NCBI GenBank assembly: GCA_963692865.2
Contig: OY843592.1
Span: 3,104,001-3,168,000, forward strand
Direction: 5' to 3'
Source: a bacterium
GTDB taxonomy: Bacteria; UBA8248
DNA length: 64,000 bases
Under the pieces are notes generated by a model. The model saw only the letters and a list, made by a program, of their open reading frames with translations, was not told the origin of the DNA and did not search any database. Positions 31,821 to 41,949 of this stretch are shown in pieces; the stretch's first letter is position 1, and each line of letters opens with the position of its first letter. The translations under genes and the position numbers were made by a program.

Positions 31821-32809
31821 TCACCTACCGCGAAGCGCTGAGTGCGGCCCTCTGGGAGGAGATGGAGCGGGATGAGGACGTGTTCTTGCTGGGCGAAGAC
31901 ATCGGCCTGGGCGGCGGGGCCTTCTACATCACCAAGGGCTTCATGGAGAAATTCGGGCGCGACCGCGTGGTGGACGTTCCCCTGAGCGAGGCGGGCTTCA
32001 CGGGCGCGGCCATCGGCGCCGCGCTTTGCGGCATGCGGCCCGTGGTGGAGTTCCAGTTCGCCGATTTCGTCACCGAATCCTACAAGATGATCGTGGATTT
32101 CGCCGCCGGCAACCACTACCGGCAGATGGGGCCTGTGCCCATCGTCCTGCGCCTGCCCGCCGCCGCGCTCGTGAGCGCGGGGCCGTTCCACAGCCAGAAC
32201 CCCGAGATATGGTTCTTCGGAACGCCGGGCCTCAAGATCGTCGCCCCCACCACCGCCCGCGACGCCAAGGGGATGCTCAAGGGAGCGATAAGAGACCCCA
32301 ACCCCGTCATCTTCATGGAGTACAAGAAGTTCTACAACTACCCGGTGGACGAGTTGCCCGAGGTGCTGAGGCCAGAGATTCCAGAGGACGACTACACCGT
32401 GCCCTTCGGCCAGGCGAAAACCCTGCGCGAGGGGGACGACGTATCGCTCATCACCTTCGGCACCACCGTGCTGGAAGCCCTCGAAGCGGCGGAGGTGCTC
32501 GAGGGTGACGGCGTGTCGGTCGAGGTGGTCGATCTCAGAACCCTGGTGCCGCTCGATAAAGAGGCCATCCTCGAAAGCGTGAAGAAGACGGGGAAAATCC
32601 TCTTCCTGCACGAAGCGAGAAAACGGGGCGGCGTGGGCGGAGAGCTGGCCGCCATCGTGAGCGAGGAGGTCTTCGAGTACCTCGACGCCCCCGTCCGCCG
32701 GGTCGGCGCGCCCGACGCCCACGTGCCGCTCAGCCCCCCGCTCGAGCGCGCCTACCTGCCCAGCACCGAGAAGGTGGTGAGCGAACTGCGCGATCTCGCC
32801 GCGTTCTAG
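31817..32809 (+). CDS. 2-oxoacid dehydrogenase E1 beta subunit
   Basis: LLGEDIG, PLSEAG, EFQFADF, HSQNPE, VDLRTLVPLD; ATGA overlap. Confidence 0.92.
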   Translation: MITYREALSAALWEEMERDEDVFLLGEDIGLGGGAFYITKGFMEKFGRDRVVDVPLSEAGFTGAAIGAALCGMRPVVEFQFADFVTESYKMIVDFAAGNHYRQMGPVPIVLRLPAAALVSAGPFHSQNPEIWFFGTPGLKIVAPTTARDAKGMLKGAIRDPNPVIFMEYKKFYNYPVDELPEVLRPEIPEDDYTVPFGQAKTLREGDDVSLITFGTTVLEALEAAEVLEGDGVSVEVVDLRTLVPLDKEAILESVKKTGKILFLHEARKRGGVGGELAAIVSEEVFEYLDAPVRRVGAPDAHVPLSPPLERAYLPSTEKVVSELRDLAAF

Positions 32810-32821
32810 CCGCCGCCTCAT

Positions 32822-33169
32822 GGGGCTGTTGAAAAAGTCCTCCTTTTAGGGGGTAAAGGGGACGCCCCTCTCGACCGGAAAAACACCCCCCTACCCCCTT
32901 TGACGGGGGGGATATGAAAAAGCAATGCGCTCCCCGCCGAGGCGATAACTCCCTCCTCGGTCGGTTTTGACCCCTGTCAAAGGGGGTGGAGGGTTGATTT
33001 CGAGCCGAGGCAGGGCACGCGGTCCTTCCCGCCGGCATTCAAACAAAGAGTCCGCCGATCTTGCAGCGGACAGGCTCCCGCGCCTGTCCGGCTAAGCAAA
33101 ACGAGACAGGGTTGCAGGGGCGGACCCTTGTGTCCGCCCACCCGTGCAACAGGCTTCTTCAACAACCCC
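32822..33169. repeat. TIR-bounded repeat island
   Basis: GGGGCTGTTGAAAAAGTCC ... GGCTTCTTCAACAACCCC enclosing palindromes and REP-like units. Confidence 0.72.
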
Positions 33170-33280
33170 GGCAGGGGAGCGGCTTGAAGTGGTTTAGGCG
33201 CGTGGCGGCTCTTGTGTGGCGGGTCACTTTCGGTAAAGATGCGACTCGACTTGTTTCCCCTGCTCGTTCAGGACTTATCC

Positions 33281-33886
33281 ATGCCCATCATCCGGCAGAC
33301 GCCCGATATCTCGAAATTCAATCCCGACATCGAGTTGCCGTATCAGCTTCGACGGGATGATTTCATGCTGGTCATGCAAGACGTCTACGATTTCTTTTTC
33401 GACGTAAACACGCATTTGTTCGATAAGGGCATCAAGCGCCTGGATGAAATGCTTCGACCCGCCGCCATGTCCGGGCTGATCTCCGACATGATTTCGGCGA
33501 GCATGGCGCAACACTCCCGTACCTTAGTCGAGAACCGCTATCACAACGGTCATCCGGACCTCATCGTGAACGCTATATATCCCAATGATTCAGTGAAGGC
33601 CGGAGAGGAAGGCGTCGAGGTGAAAAGCACGCGAAAGCCAGGCGGAGCGGTCGATACGCACGGTGCGAGGGAACAATGGATGTGCGTCTTCGTTTATCGG
33701 GTCGACAACAAGACGGAACCCGCCGTGGATCGCGCCGCAATGAAATTTTCAGAAGTCTATCTCGGCTACGTCACCGTGGATGATTTTCGAAAAAATCCGC
33801 GAGGCGAACTCGGGACCAGAACGGCTACCTTGAACAGAGAGGGCATTCGAAAGCTCCGGCGCAGTTGGGTGTATCTGGACACCTGA
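33281..33886 (+). CDS. Putative type II restriction endonuclease
   Basis: GHPDL..GVEVKST (PD-(D/E)xK); convergent with a DNA methyltransferase. Confidence 0.68.
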   Translation: MPIIRQTPDISKFNPDIELPYQLRRDDFMLVMQDVYDFFFDVNTHLFDKGIKRLDEMLRPAAMSGLISDMISASMAQHSRTLVENRYHNGHPDLIVNAIYPNDSVKAGEEGVEVKSTRKPGGAVDTHGAREQWMCVFVYRVDNKTEPAVDRAAMKFSEVYLGYVTVDDFRKNPRGELGTRTATLNREGIRKLRRSWVYLDT

Positions 33887-34787
33887 TCGCCTGGAGCTTC
33901 GGTATGGCCTGTTCCGCGAGTTCCACGTATCGCTCCGAGGATTCGACGCCGATGCTTCGGTAGCCGATGTGATTGGCGGCGGCGAGCGTCGAACCCGAAC
34001 CTGAGAACGGGTCGAGTATCACGCCCTTTTCCAGCGGCAGGGCGGCGCGGACCAATTGCCGCAAAAACGCCTGTGGCTTCAGGGATGGATGCGGCGCCAG
34101 GCGTTTCTCCGATGTCCTGGTCGGATGCGACGAGATGACATCGCCGAATGGTTTGTCGTTTGAGATTCGTCGGAGTCCGCCGGTTCCCCATTTTCGCAAA
34201 TTGTCCTGAACGCGACCCTCCAAGGGTTTGCGGAACAACAACCATGGTTCGGCCATCGAGCGAGGCATCACCGTGACGCCCGAGAATTCTTCGTGCGCGT
34301 TCTTCGGGCGGTCGCCGCCGCGCATCGTCATGACGAGTCGAGTGATGACGCCCCGGGTTTCCAGGCCCGCGGCGTCGAGCGCGGATGCGACGATGTGAGA
34401 GACCAAGGGATTGGACGCCATGAAGACATGAGCGCCGGGCACCATGGCTTTCGATGCGCTACGACCGAAACGCTCGAAAAATTCATACATGTTTTCGAGA
34501 TCGGAAGCGCTCAAGGTAGTGAAGCGAGGAAGTGGTGAACGCCGGCAACCATCGAAGGATGGCGGCATTCTCCAGACCCCGCCTTTGCCCTTGAGAAGCT
34601 TGCGTTGCTCTTTTTCCGTGTATTCGACCAAGCCATAGGGCGGGTCCGTCACGATAGCGTGAATGCTGTTCTCGCGGCAGCTTTCCAACCATTCGAAACA
34701 ATCTTCATGATATAAAGCCGCTTTGCCGTGAACGAATATGGGTTTGGCTACTTCACATGTTTTCTCGACAATGGAGGCCATGCTCAT
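33825..34787 (-). CDS. Beta-class N4-C/N6-A DNA methyltransferase
   Basis: IVTDPPY .. HPSLKP .. VILDPFSGSGST; start approximate. Confidence 0.9.
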   Translation of the reverse strand: MSMASIVEKTCEVAKPIFVHGKAALYHEDCFEWLESCRENSIHAIVTDPPYGLVEYTEKEQRKLLKGKGGVWRMPPSFDGCRRSPLPRFTTLSASDLENMYEFFERFGRSASKAMVPGAHVFMASNPLVSHIVASALDAAGLETRGVITRLVMTMRGGDRPKNAHEEFSGVTVMPRSMAEPWLLFRKPLEGRVQDNLRKWGTGGLRRISNDKPFGDVISSHPTRTSEKRLAPHPSLKPQAFLRQLVRAALPLEKGVILDPFSGSGSTLAAANHIGYRSIGVESSERYVELAEQAIPKLQAIRCPDTPNCAGAFECPLCSR

Positions 34788-35072
34788 CAGTTTCGCATTC
34801 AAGCTGGTGGCGACTATGCCCGGGGCGTTTGAACGTGTGGGGTTATTATTACAGATGGGCGAACAAAAGTCAAAATAATGGGTTGCTTTTGCTTCTGTCG
34901 CATTTACATTCTTGAATAGAAATATCACCATCCACCCCATTCAGGCAAGCAGTCGTTTCGTCTTGCGTGGCGGCGAGAGAATATTTCTCGAGTTGAAGTT
35001 CGCAAGATGCGCATCACTTCCCTTCTGGGGTAGGGATTGACCTTACTCAATTGGAACAATCCCTCTCTATCC

Positions 35073-35303
35073 GGGGCTGTTGAAACAGCGAAAAGGCGCC
35101 CCCGATGAGAGGGAAACCCCATCAAGGTACCCCCCTACCCCCCTTGACGGGCCTGTTGAAAAAGGCCCTCGACGCAGGAAAACCACCGTCATTCCGGCGA
35201 AAGCCGGAATGACGACGGTGGCCGGCTTCGGCCGGTGAGGAAGGTCGAACCCGATTGATGAATGAGGGTTCGACCGAGCAAGGAGGATTTTTTCAACAAC
35301 CCC
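35073..35303. repeat. TIR-bounded repeat island
   Basis: Two left TIRs (35073, 35149), palindrome CGTCATTCCGGCGAAAGCCGGAATGACG at 35187-35214, right TIR 35285-35303. Confidence 0.72.
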
Positions 35304-35377
35304 CTCATCTGGCGCATTTCCGGTTTTTCGAGTAAAACGGATTTTCGATTTTCTCCATCACGTTCGAGGAAGCATCC

Positions 35378-36652
35378 ATGTACACCGCGCGCATCAGAAT
35401 GCCCCGCATGGGAACCAGCGTGCACGAGAGCACGGTGGTCGAGTGGAAGAAGGCGGTGGGCGAGAAGGTGGCGAAGGGCGAGGCGCTCCTCTCCGCGGAG
35501 AGCGACAAGGTGGAGTTCGAGGTCGAGGCCCCCGCCGACGGCGTGATTACGGAGATTTTGGCGGAAGCGGATCAGACGGTACCCGTGGGCGAGGTGCTCG
35601 CGACCATGGAGACCGAAACCGAGGTCGCGGACGAGACGCCCGAGGCGGATTCGGGCGCGAGCGACTGGGCGGCCCCGGTCGCGCCGCTCAAGCCGAGGGA
35701 GAAGCCCGTCATCCCGGCGGCCCGTGTGGAAAAAACGCCGCGCCCCTCGGGAGAGGGGAAAACCTGGCTCTCCCCGCGCGTTCAGAGCCTCGCCGCCGCG
35801 CACGGCGTCGGGCTGGGCGTAATCGCGGGAATCGAGGGCACGGGCGCGGGAGGGAGGATAAGCGCGCGCGACGTGGAGGCGTTCATCACAGGCGGCGGCG
35901 CGCCGCCCAGAATCGAGATGTCCCGGGAGCCGCTGAGCGAGGATAAAGAAGAACGCACGGAACCCCTCGGCAGGGTCAGGAAGCGCATCGCCGAGAACCT
36001 CACCCGCTCGGTGCGCGAAATTCCCCAGGTCACAAGCTGGCTGGAAGTCGACATGAGCGGGGTATCGGCCTTTCGGGATGCGAACAAGCAGGCGTTTCGC
36101 GAAAAACACGGCGTGAACCTCACCTACACGCCCTTTTTCATCATGGCCATCGTCCACGCCTTGAGAAGCGAAGAAAACGAACGCTTCAACGCCACTTTTC
36201 AGGACGACGCCCTTACGGTAAAGCGCTACCTGAACCTCGGCGTCGCCGTGGACTCCCCGGGCGGCCTGGTGGTGCCCGTCTTGAAATCCGCGGATTCGAT
36301 GAACCTGGTGGAGCTCTCGGCCCGGCTCGACAATATGGCGGCCCGCGCGCGCGAGGGCGCGCTCACGCCAGAGGACGTCCGGGGCGGGACGCTCACGCTC
36401 ACCAATTTCGGCGCTTCGGGCGCATTGGGCGGAAACCCCATCATCAACCCGCCCGAGGTCGCAATTATCGGCACCGGCGCCATCGCGCTCCGCCCCGTGG
36501 CGCTCCCGAACGGCGCGACCTCGGTTCGGCCCGTCATGATACTGGCGATCACCTTCGACCACCGCGTGAACGACGGCATGGCGGCGGGCCGGTTCGTCTC
36601 GGACGTCCGCGCGGCGCTCGAGAACATGGATTTATCCCTTTTGGAATACTGA
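35378..36652 (+). CDS. Dihydrolipoamide acyltransferase (E2)
   Basis: Lipoyl ESDKV, E3-binding LSPRV..GTGAGGRISARDV, catalytic FDHRVNDG. Confidence 0.93.
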   Translation: MYTARIRMPRMGTSVHESTVVEWKKAVGEKVAKGEALLSAESDKVEFEVEAPADGVITEILAEADQTVPVGEVLATMETETEVADETPEADSGASDWAAPVAPLKPREKPVIPAARVEKTPRPSGEGKTWLSPRVQSLAAAHGVGLGVIAGIEGTGAGGRISARDVEAFITGGGAPPRIEMSREPLSEDKEERTEPLGRVRKRIAENLTRSVREIPQVTSWLEVDMSGVSAFRDANKQAFREKHGVNLTYTPFFIMAIVHALRSEENERFNATFQDDALTVKRYLNLGVAVDSPGGLVVPVLKSADSMNLVELSARLDNMAARAREGALTPEDVRGGTLTLTNFGASGALGGNPIINPPEVAIIGTGAIALRPVALPNGATSVRPVMILAITFDHRVNDGMAAGRFVSDVRAALENMDLSLLEY

Positions 36653-36724
36653 ATACGGAAACCCCGACACTTTCGTTCCTTTGCTTCCGGCAAGAGACCA
36701 AGACGACAAGGAGTAAGAAATCCC

Positions 36725-37639
36725 ATGGCCAGACCAGACATCGACACCCCCTTGCGCTCCATGCTCTTCATCCCCGGTTCGAGCGAGAAGATGGTGGGCA
36801 AAGGCCCCGCCGTCGAGGCGGACGCCGCCCTGTTCGATCTCGAGGACTCCGTCGCCCCCCAGATGAAGGAAGCGGCGCGCGAACTCGTGCGCGCCGGCAT
36901 CGCGGAGACTTACGAAGCGCCCGGCGGACCCTCCACGGTTCTCGTGCGCGTGAACGACGTGGAATCGGGCATGCTCGAAGAGGACATCGACGCCATCATG
37001 ACGGAGGGACTCGACGGCATCTTCCTGCCAAAGCCCGAGAGCGCGGCGGACGTGCGGACGGCGGACGCGCTCTTGGCGAAATACGAGCGCGAGCGCGGGC
37101 TGGAAGAAGGCGGTATCGGCATCATCGCGCAGATAGAGAGCGCCTCGGGCGTGGTGCACTGCTACGACATCTGCAAGGCGGCGGATCGCGTGGTGGGCGT
37201 GAATCTGGGGAGCGCGGAGGATGCGGACCTCTGCCGCAGCCTGGGAGCCACCTGGACCGAAGACGGCACGACGCTCCTCTACACGCGCAGCAAGGTGCTC
37301 GTCGAGGCGCGGGCGGCGCGGCTGCCCCACCCCACCGACGGCGTCTACATGCGGTTGCAGGACGACGAGGGCTGCCGGGCGGACGCGGAGTTCGCCAAAA
37401 AACTCGGCTACACCGGCAAGGCAGCCATCCATCCCAGACAGGCGCCGATTTTCAACGACGTCTACTCGCCGGGCGAGGCGGAAATCTCCTACTACACCGA
37501 GATGGCCGAAGCCTACCGCGAGGGCGAGGCGCAAGGGCTGGGCGCCGTCTCCTTCCGGGGGAAGATGATCGACGTCGCCATGGTCAAGCACGCCGATAAC
37601 GTGCTCGCGCGCGCGCGCGCCATCGCCGAAAGAGCATAG
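36725..37639 (+). CDS. HpcH/HpaI aldolase / citrate lyase beta (CitE)-like CoA ester lyase
   Basis: RSMLFIPG, FDLEDSV, VRVND, LPKPES, IESASG, GKAAIHPRQ, GKMID. Confidence 0.9.
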   Translation: MARPDIDTPLRSMLFIPGSSEKMVGKGPAVEADAALFDLEDSVAPQMKEAARELVRAGIAETYEAPGGPSTVLVRVNDVESGMLEEDIDAIMTEGLDGIFLPKPESAADVRTADALLAKYERERGLEEGGIGIIAQIESASGVVHCYDICKAADRVVGVNLGSAEDADLCRSLGATWTEDGTTLLYTRSKVLVEARAARLPHPTDGVYMRLQDDEGCRADAEFAKKLGYTGKAAIHPRQAPIFNDVYSPGEAEISYYTEMAEAYREGEAQGLGAVSFRGKMIDVAMVKHADNVLARARAIAERA

Positions 37640-37649
37640 GCGCAAGCAA

Positions 37650-38675
37650 ATGGCGGACGCGACAGACCCCGCCGAGCATTTCTTCGCGCAGCCCTGGTCC
37701 GACGGCCTGCCCGTCGTGGTCCCGACCGAAGAACATCTGGCGGACATGCTCGCCGGCCACGCGCCGGATAAACTCATCGGCCACGTGCCGCCCGCGAACC
37801 ATCCCGCGACGATGGAAGCCGTCGCGCTCCACGCCGTGATGGCGGGTTGTAAGCCCGAATATCTTCCCGCGCTCGTCTGCGCCCTCTCGTGCATTCTCGA
37901 CGCGCGCTTCAACATGAACGGCATCCAGGCGACGATGAACCCGGCAGGCCCCCTCATCGTCATGAACGGCCCCTACCCGCGCGAGATAGGCGTGCACGGC
38001 GGCACGGGCTGCCTGGGGCCGGGATTTCGCGCCAACGCGACCATCGGCCGCGCGCTCAGGCTCATGCTCCTGAACCTGGGAGGCGGGATTCCCGGCGTGG
38101 TGGACATGAGCACCTTCGGCAGCCCGAGCAAGTTCGCCTATTGCCTGCGCGAGAACGAGGAAATCAGCCCCTGGCCCTCGCTGGCCGAGGAGCGCGGATT
38201 CGGGCGGGAAAAAAACGTCGTCACCGCCTGCGCGGGAGAGGGTCCGCGCGTCGCGCTCGATGATTCGAGCGATCACGCAGACGGCGTGCTCACCACGATT
38301 GCGAGCACCATCGCCACCATGGGCACGCGCCACGCCTACTCGCGCGTGGGACTCACCGTCGTCATGGGGCCGGAGCACGCGCAACTCCTCGCCGACCACG
38401 GATACAGCCGCGAGGATGCGAAAAAAGGCCTCGCGGAACGCGCCGGCCTGCCCGTGGGCCTGTTAAAGCGCGGCGGCCGCTACCGGGGGAAAGAGAAGAG
38501 CGAGTGGCCCGCGTGGGTGGATCACGACGACGACGATTGCATGGCGCCCATGATCAGAGAGCCGGAAGACGTCACCCTCCTGGTGGCGGGCGGCCTGCCC
38601 GGGCCCTCCTCGTTCATCATCCCGGGATGGAACGACACCAGCCGCCCCGTCTCGAAGGCGTTCGTCGTGGAGTAG
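37650..38675 (+). CDS. Conserved hypothetical protein (WSDGLPVVxPT family)
   Basis: Good GC3 codon pattern; motifs AVMAGCKPEY, RANATIGRALRL, ENEEISPW; function unknown. Confidence 0.75.
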   Translation: MADATDPAEHFFAQPWSDGLPVVVPTEEHLADMLAGHAPDKLIGHVPPANHPATMEAVALHAVMAGCKPEYLPALVCALSCILDARFNMNGIQATMNPAGPLIVMNGPYPREIGVHGGTGCLGPGFRANATIGRALRLMLLNLGGGIPGVVDMSTFGSPSKFAYCLRENEEISPWPSLAEERGFGREKNVVTACAGEGPRVALDDSSDHADGVLTTIASTIATMGTRHAYSRVGLTVVMGPEHAQLLADHGYSREDAKKGLAERAGLPVGLLKRGGRYRGKEKSEWPAWVDHDDDDCMAPMIREPEDVTLLVAGGLPGPSSFIIPGWNDTSRPVSKAFVVE

Positions 38676-39016
38676 ATAAAGGGAAAATCTCGTCGACTTG
38701 ATGCGGAGATCAGCATCATCTCCAAATTAGAGATTTAGGCTCCTCTTTCCCATCACTTGACAAACCAAAGCATCCTCTTTGACAATACTCCTTGCCAGAT
38801 AATCCATAGATTGACCTGCTAGTCGGGTCGCCCGCGGAATAAAAGACCGCTTTCTTGCGGGAATACGCGGGAACCCACCAAAGAATCTGTGGATTGTCTG
38901 GCAACCGGCCCGAGTTAATCGGGGCGGGCAGAATGCGTTTGCTCACCGGGCAAAAGCAAAATGAAAAAACGGGAATGAAATTTACGACCCTCCCTTCAAT
39001 GCAAAAGGAGTCTACC

Positions 39017-41296
39017 GTGTTCCCAAAAACCATTAGATTCTCGTCTTTTGCAGGAACAATGGCGTTGGTGGCCGCATTATATGCTTGCGGCGGAGGTGGC
39101 GGCTCCGGCAAGGCGCCGGCGCCCATGCCTACGCCGACGCCGACGCCTACGCCGACCCCCAAGGAAGTGACCCACCTGCGTCAAGCGGCAAGGGCCGTCC
39201 CGCAACTCGGAAGAAGAAGCGTCACGCAATCCACCAACACCGACAGCAACAACGTCACAACGGACACGGCCGAGGCCGTGTTCGATTACGGACAAATGAC
39301 GTTGACCGTGAAGCGGCAGGATGGAACCAGCTTTTCACTCGACAGCAGCACGGATACGCTTGGGACCTCCCCGGCTACTCCGGTTCGGAGCGGGCAGAAC
39401 GCCCGCGAGTGGTCGCTGCGAAAAAGTTATCCCAATGCCGCCGCGCAAGCCCGTGTTCACGGCGAGGCGCCGACCAATGAATTTCCATTACGCGCCATTC
39501 ACGCTGCGGGGAATTGGGCAACGAACTCGGAGGCTGCTCAAGCTTGGGAAGCCAGTGACCGGAAGGATCCTCTGGTGCCTCTGGATCATATCGCGTACCT
39601 CAAAAGCTTGAACGTAAACCGGGTTGGACTCTCGGTCGCTCTTCATTACGACGACAGCATGGACAGCACGGTGGAGCGCGTGTATTCCGGCGTAGAGATT
39701 CCTACTTTTACTGATGACGCTCTCAGGCAATTCATAAGAGAATTCAGATCTCACGGTATCGACGTGTACCTGACCTTGGCATTCGAGGCTCATGAGGCCG
39801 AAAAAGCCGAGCGCCCCGTGCGCAGATGGCAACTCGGGGATCCGGGACATTCGGAAACGGGCGTTCCGCCTGACGACCCGAATGTCTTCGGGCGGATATC
39901 GAAAGATTTTTGGCCCTGGAATCCAAACCACCCGGATCACCAGCGGTTTGTCGCCGAGTTCTTCAAGACCTTGGCGGATCAGGCGGTGCATTTCGCCCGG
40001 ATCGCACAAGAGGAAGGCGTGAAATTGTATTCGTTGGGAACGGAGACCGAACGACTTTTCCGGACCCGTTCGGGAGGTTATTTCACCAATGATTTCAGGC
40101 GGGAACTCGAATCGATGGTGGCCAGAGTACGCGCCGTATACACCGGCGATTTGACCTATGACATGCACTATACGGCGCTCACGGCTCCTGACTTCTACGG
40201 GCCGGGTTCAAACCATCTATGGGAAGATTTGGATCTCGATATCGTGGGCGTCAGCGCGTATTTTCCTTTGGCGGATTCTCCTCCGTCCACCGTCATGAGT
40301 GTCGAAAGTCTTCAGGCAACATGGGAGAAGATATTCAAGGAGCGCCTCATTCCTCTTGCGCAAAGAAACCCTGGCCGCCCGGTTGTGTTCCTCGAACACG
40401 GCGCTCCTGACATTGTAGGAGCCCCTGGCTCTCCGGGCACGCCGTATCTCGGAGCATCCGTATTTACGGACACGAACGGCAACGGACTGGATGACGGCCA
40501 GGAAACCCAGGCCAACATGTACCAAGCGCTGCTCAACACCATGAAGAAATACCCCGGCGTCGTCGATGGCGTCTTCTGGTGGGATAACTGGATAGCCAGT
40601 GATTCTAAGTGGGCAGCATATTGGGCAACCCATCGCGGTTACGATATCCGTGGAAAGCTTTCAGAGGACGTCGTTCGATCTACTTACGAGTCTTGGGCCG
40701 ATTGGCTGACTGGCGGCTATTGGATGCACGTCTCCGACAATCTGGATTTGGTTGACGCGGGCGCGTTTGTCGATGGGCCGGAACTAAGCGGAACCCCGGC
40801 GCTGCCATCCCTCGGCGCCGCCACCTACCAAGGATTCGCAACCGGCGGGTTCGCCGCCGTATACGGCACAGACTATCCCGATGTAACCGCAGGATCGCAT
40901 GAAGTCGGAGAATACGAGGGGCAATTGCGGCTTACGGCCGACTTTGAGGCGCGGCGCATCAGCGGGCAAGTCACTTCGATATCCGTGAGCGGCATTCACA
41001 CCCCAGCAGGGGGAGGATCACGCCCGTTCGCCGACATTTCCGTGCCGTATGAGTTCAATCTTGAAGCAACCAGTTTCGACACCAGAGGATTTACGGGAGC
41101 AACGACCGTGGCATCGACGGACCCGGGAATCGGGATTGCCGATTCAGGCGGCTCCTGGGGCGGAAAGTTTTCCATCGTGCCCGATGGTGACGGCAACCCG
41201 CGAGTCGTGGCCGGAACGCATGGCGAGGAGTTCACTACGACCGGGGGCACCAAGGCCGGCTTCATCGGAGCGTTCATGGGGGCTACCGGGCGATAG
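39017..41296 (+). CDS. Surface lipoprotein with GH113-like TIM barrel and C-terminal TbpB-like beta barrel
   Basis: AAGGAG + GTG; LYA-CGGGGG lipobox, PT linker, LGTETER, VGVSAYFPL, VFLEHG, ATYQG..LTADF..WGGKF..FIGAF. Confidence 0.68.
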   Translation: MFPKTIRFSSFAGTMALVAALYACGGGGGSGKAPAPMPTPTPTPTPTPKEVTHLRQAARAVPQLGRRSVTQSTNTDSNNVTTDTAEAVFDYGQMTLTVKRQDGTSFSLDSSTDTLGTSPATPVRSGQNAREWSLRKSYPNAAAQARVHGEAPTNEFPLRAIHAAGNWATNSEAAQAWEASDRKDPLVPLDHIAYLKSLNVNRVGLSVALHYDDSMDSTVERVYSGVEIPTFTDDALRQFIREFRSHGIDVYLTLAFEAHEAEKAERPVRRWQLGDPGHSETGVPPDDPNVFGRISKDFWPWNPNHPDHQRFVAEFFKTLADQAVHFARIAQEEGVKLYSLGTETERLFRTRSGGYFTNDFRRELESMVARVRAVYTGDLTYDMHYTALTAPDFYGPGSNHLWEDLDLDIVGVSAYFPLADSPPSTVMSVESLQATWEKIFKERLIPLAQRNPGRPVVFLEHGAPDIVGAPGSPGTPYLGASVFTDTNGNGLDDGQETQANMYQALLNTMKKYPGVVDGVFWWDNWIASDSKWAAYWATHRGYDIRGKLSEDVVRSTYESWADWLTGGYWMHVSDNLDLVDAGAFVDGPELSGTPALPSLGAATYQGFATGGFAAVYGTDYPDVTAGSHEVGEYEGQLRLTADFEARRISGQVTSISVSGIHTPAGGGSRPFADISVPYEFNLEATSFDTRGFTGATTVASTDPGIGIADSGGSWGGKFSIVPDGDGNPRVVAGTHGEEFTTTGGTKAGFIGAFMGATGR

Positions 41297-41401
41297 ATGC
41301 GACCGCCTGGTGAAATGCCTGAATAGGTAATTGTTCAAAAATTTTCGATTGGAGGAAACCCCAATGAAAAAAAATGCACCCGACTGACGCGGAAAACAGC
41401 G

Positions 41402-41812
41402 ATGTGTATTGGCATTATAGGCGGCGCTCTTGTAGGCTCGCCAACCTTTCTGTTTGTGGGGGACATCTCAAATATAGTGAACAATTTCGATGTCTTCGTA
41501 TTGTTAGGCATCATCATCCGAATGGGGGGATTTGCGCTTCTTGGATCGCTCTATGCTTTTGTTACACCTCTGCCGGTAGATCGATGGTCGGCATTGGAGC
41601 GTGGGATAATGGCACCGATAATCTTGGCGACTTTGATCTCGACCTATGCGCCGAATAGCAACAATCTTGACAAGCGCTTTAATTCAAGTTCACTAGTGAG
41701 CGTAGCGTATGCGAGCACTGCAACAAAAGGCGGTAACAAGAAAACAAAAGGCGGCACCACGAAAAATCCTTCGCCGATTCGTCAAATCATTCGGGGAATC
41801 TTGGGGAAATAG
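41402..41812 (+). CDS. Small membrane protein, low GC (true start possibly 41364 via poly-A frameshift)
   Basis: About three hydrophobic segments and a basic tail. Confidence 0.55.
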   Translation: MCIGIIGGALVGSPTFLFVGDISNIVNNFDVFVLLGIIIRMGGFALLGSLYAFVTPLPVDRWSALERGIMAPIILATLISTYAPNSNNLDKRFNSSSLVSVAYASTATKGGNKKTKGGTTKNPSPIRQIIRGILGK

Positions 41813-41949
41813 CCTAATATCACAACCCGCGTAGACCGTTGTTACAACGGCTCTGTTGCGAAGCTAGTCCCTACTGGGAGGAAGAAAGTCCCTAAGGGCG
41901 ACAAGCGACTGAGCAAATCAAGCAGTTGCGTAACATGCCCGGGCCATAA

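Noticed and set aside
38820-38950. Riboswitch upstream of the lipoprotein gene
   Set aside because: Hairpins are present but I cannot match a complete known aptamer consensus. An Rfam scan would be needed.
39121-39160. ACGCCG tandem repeat as a contingency locus
   Set aside because: It is an in-frame 6-nt unit encoding an ordinary Pro-Thr linker.
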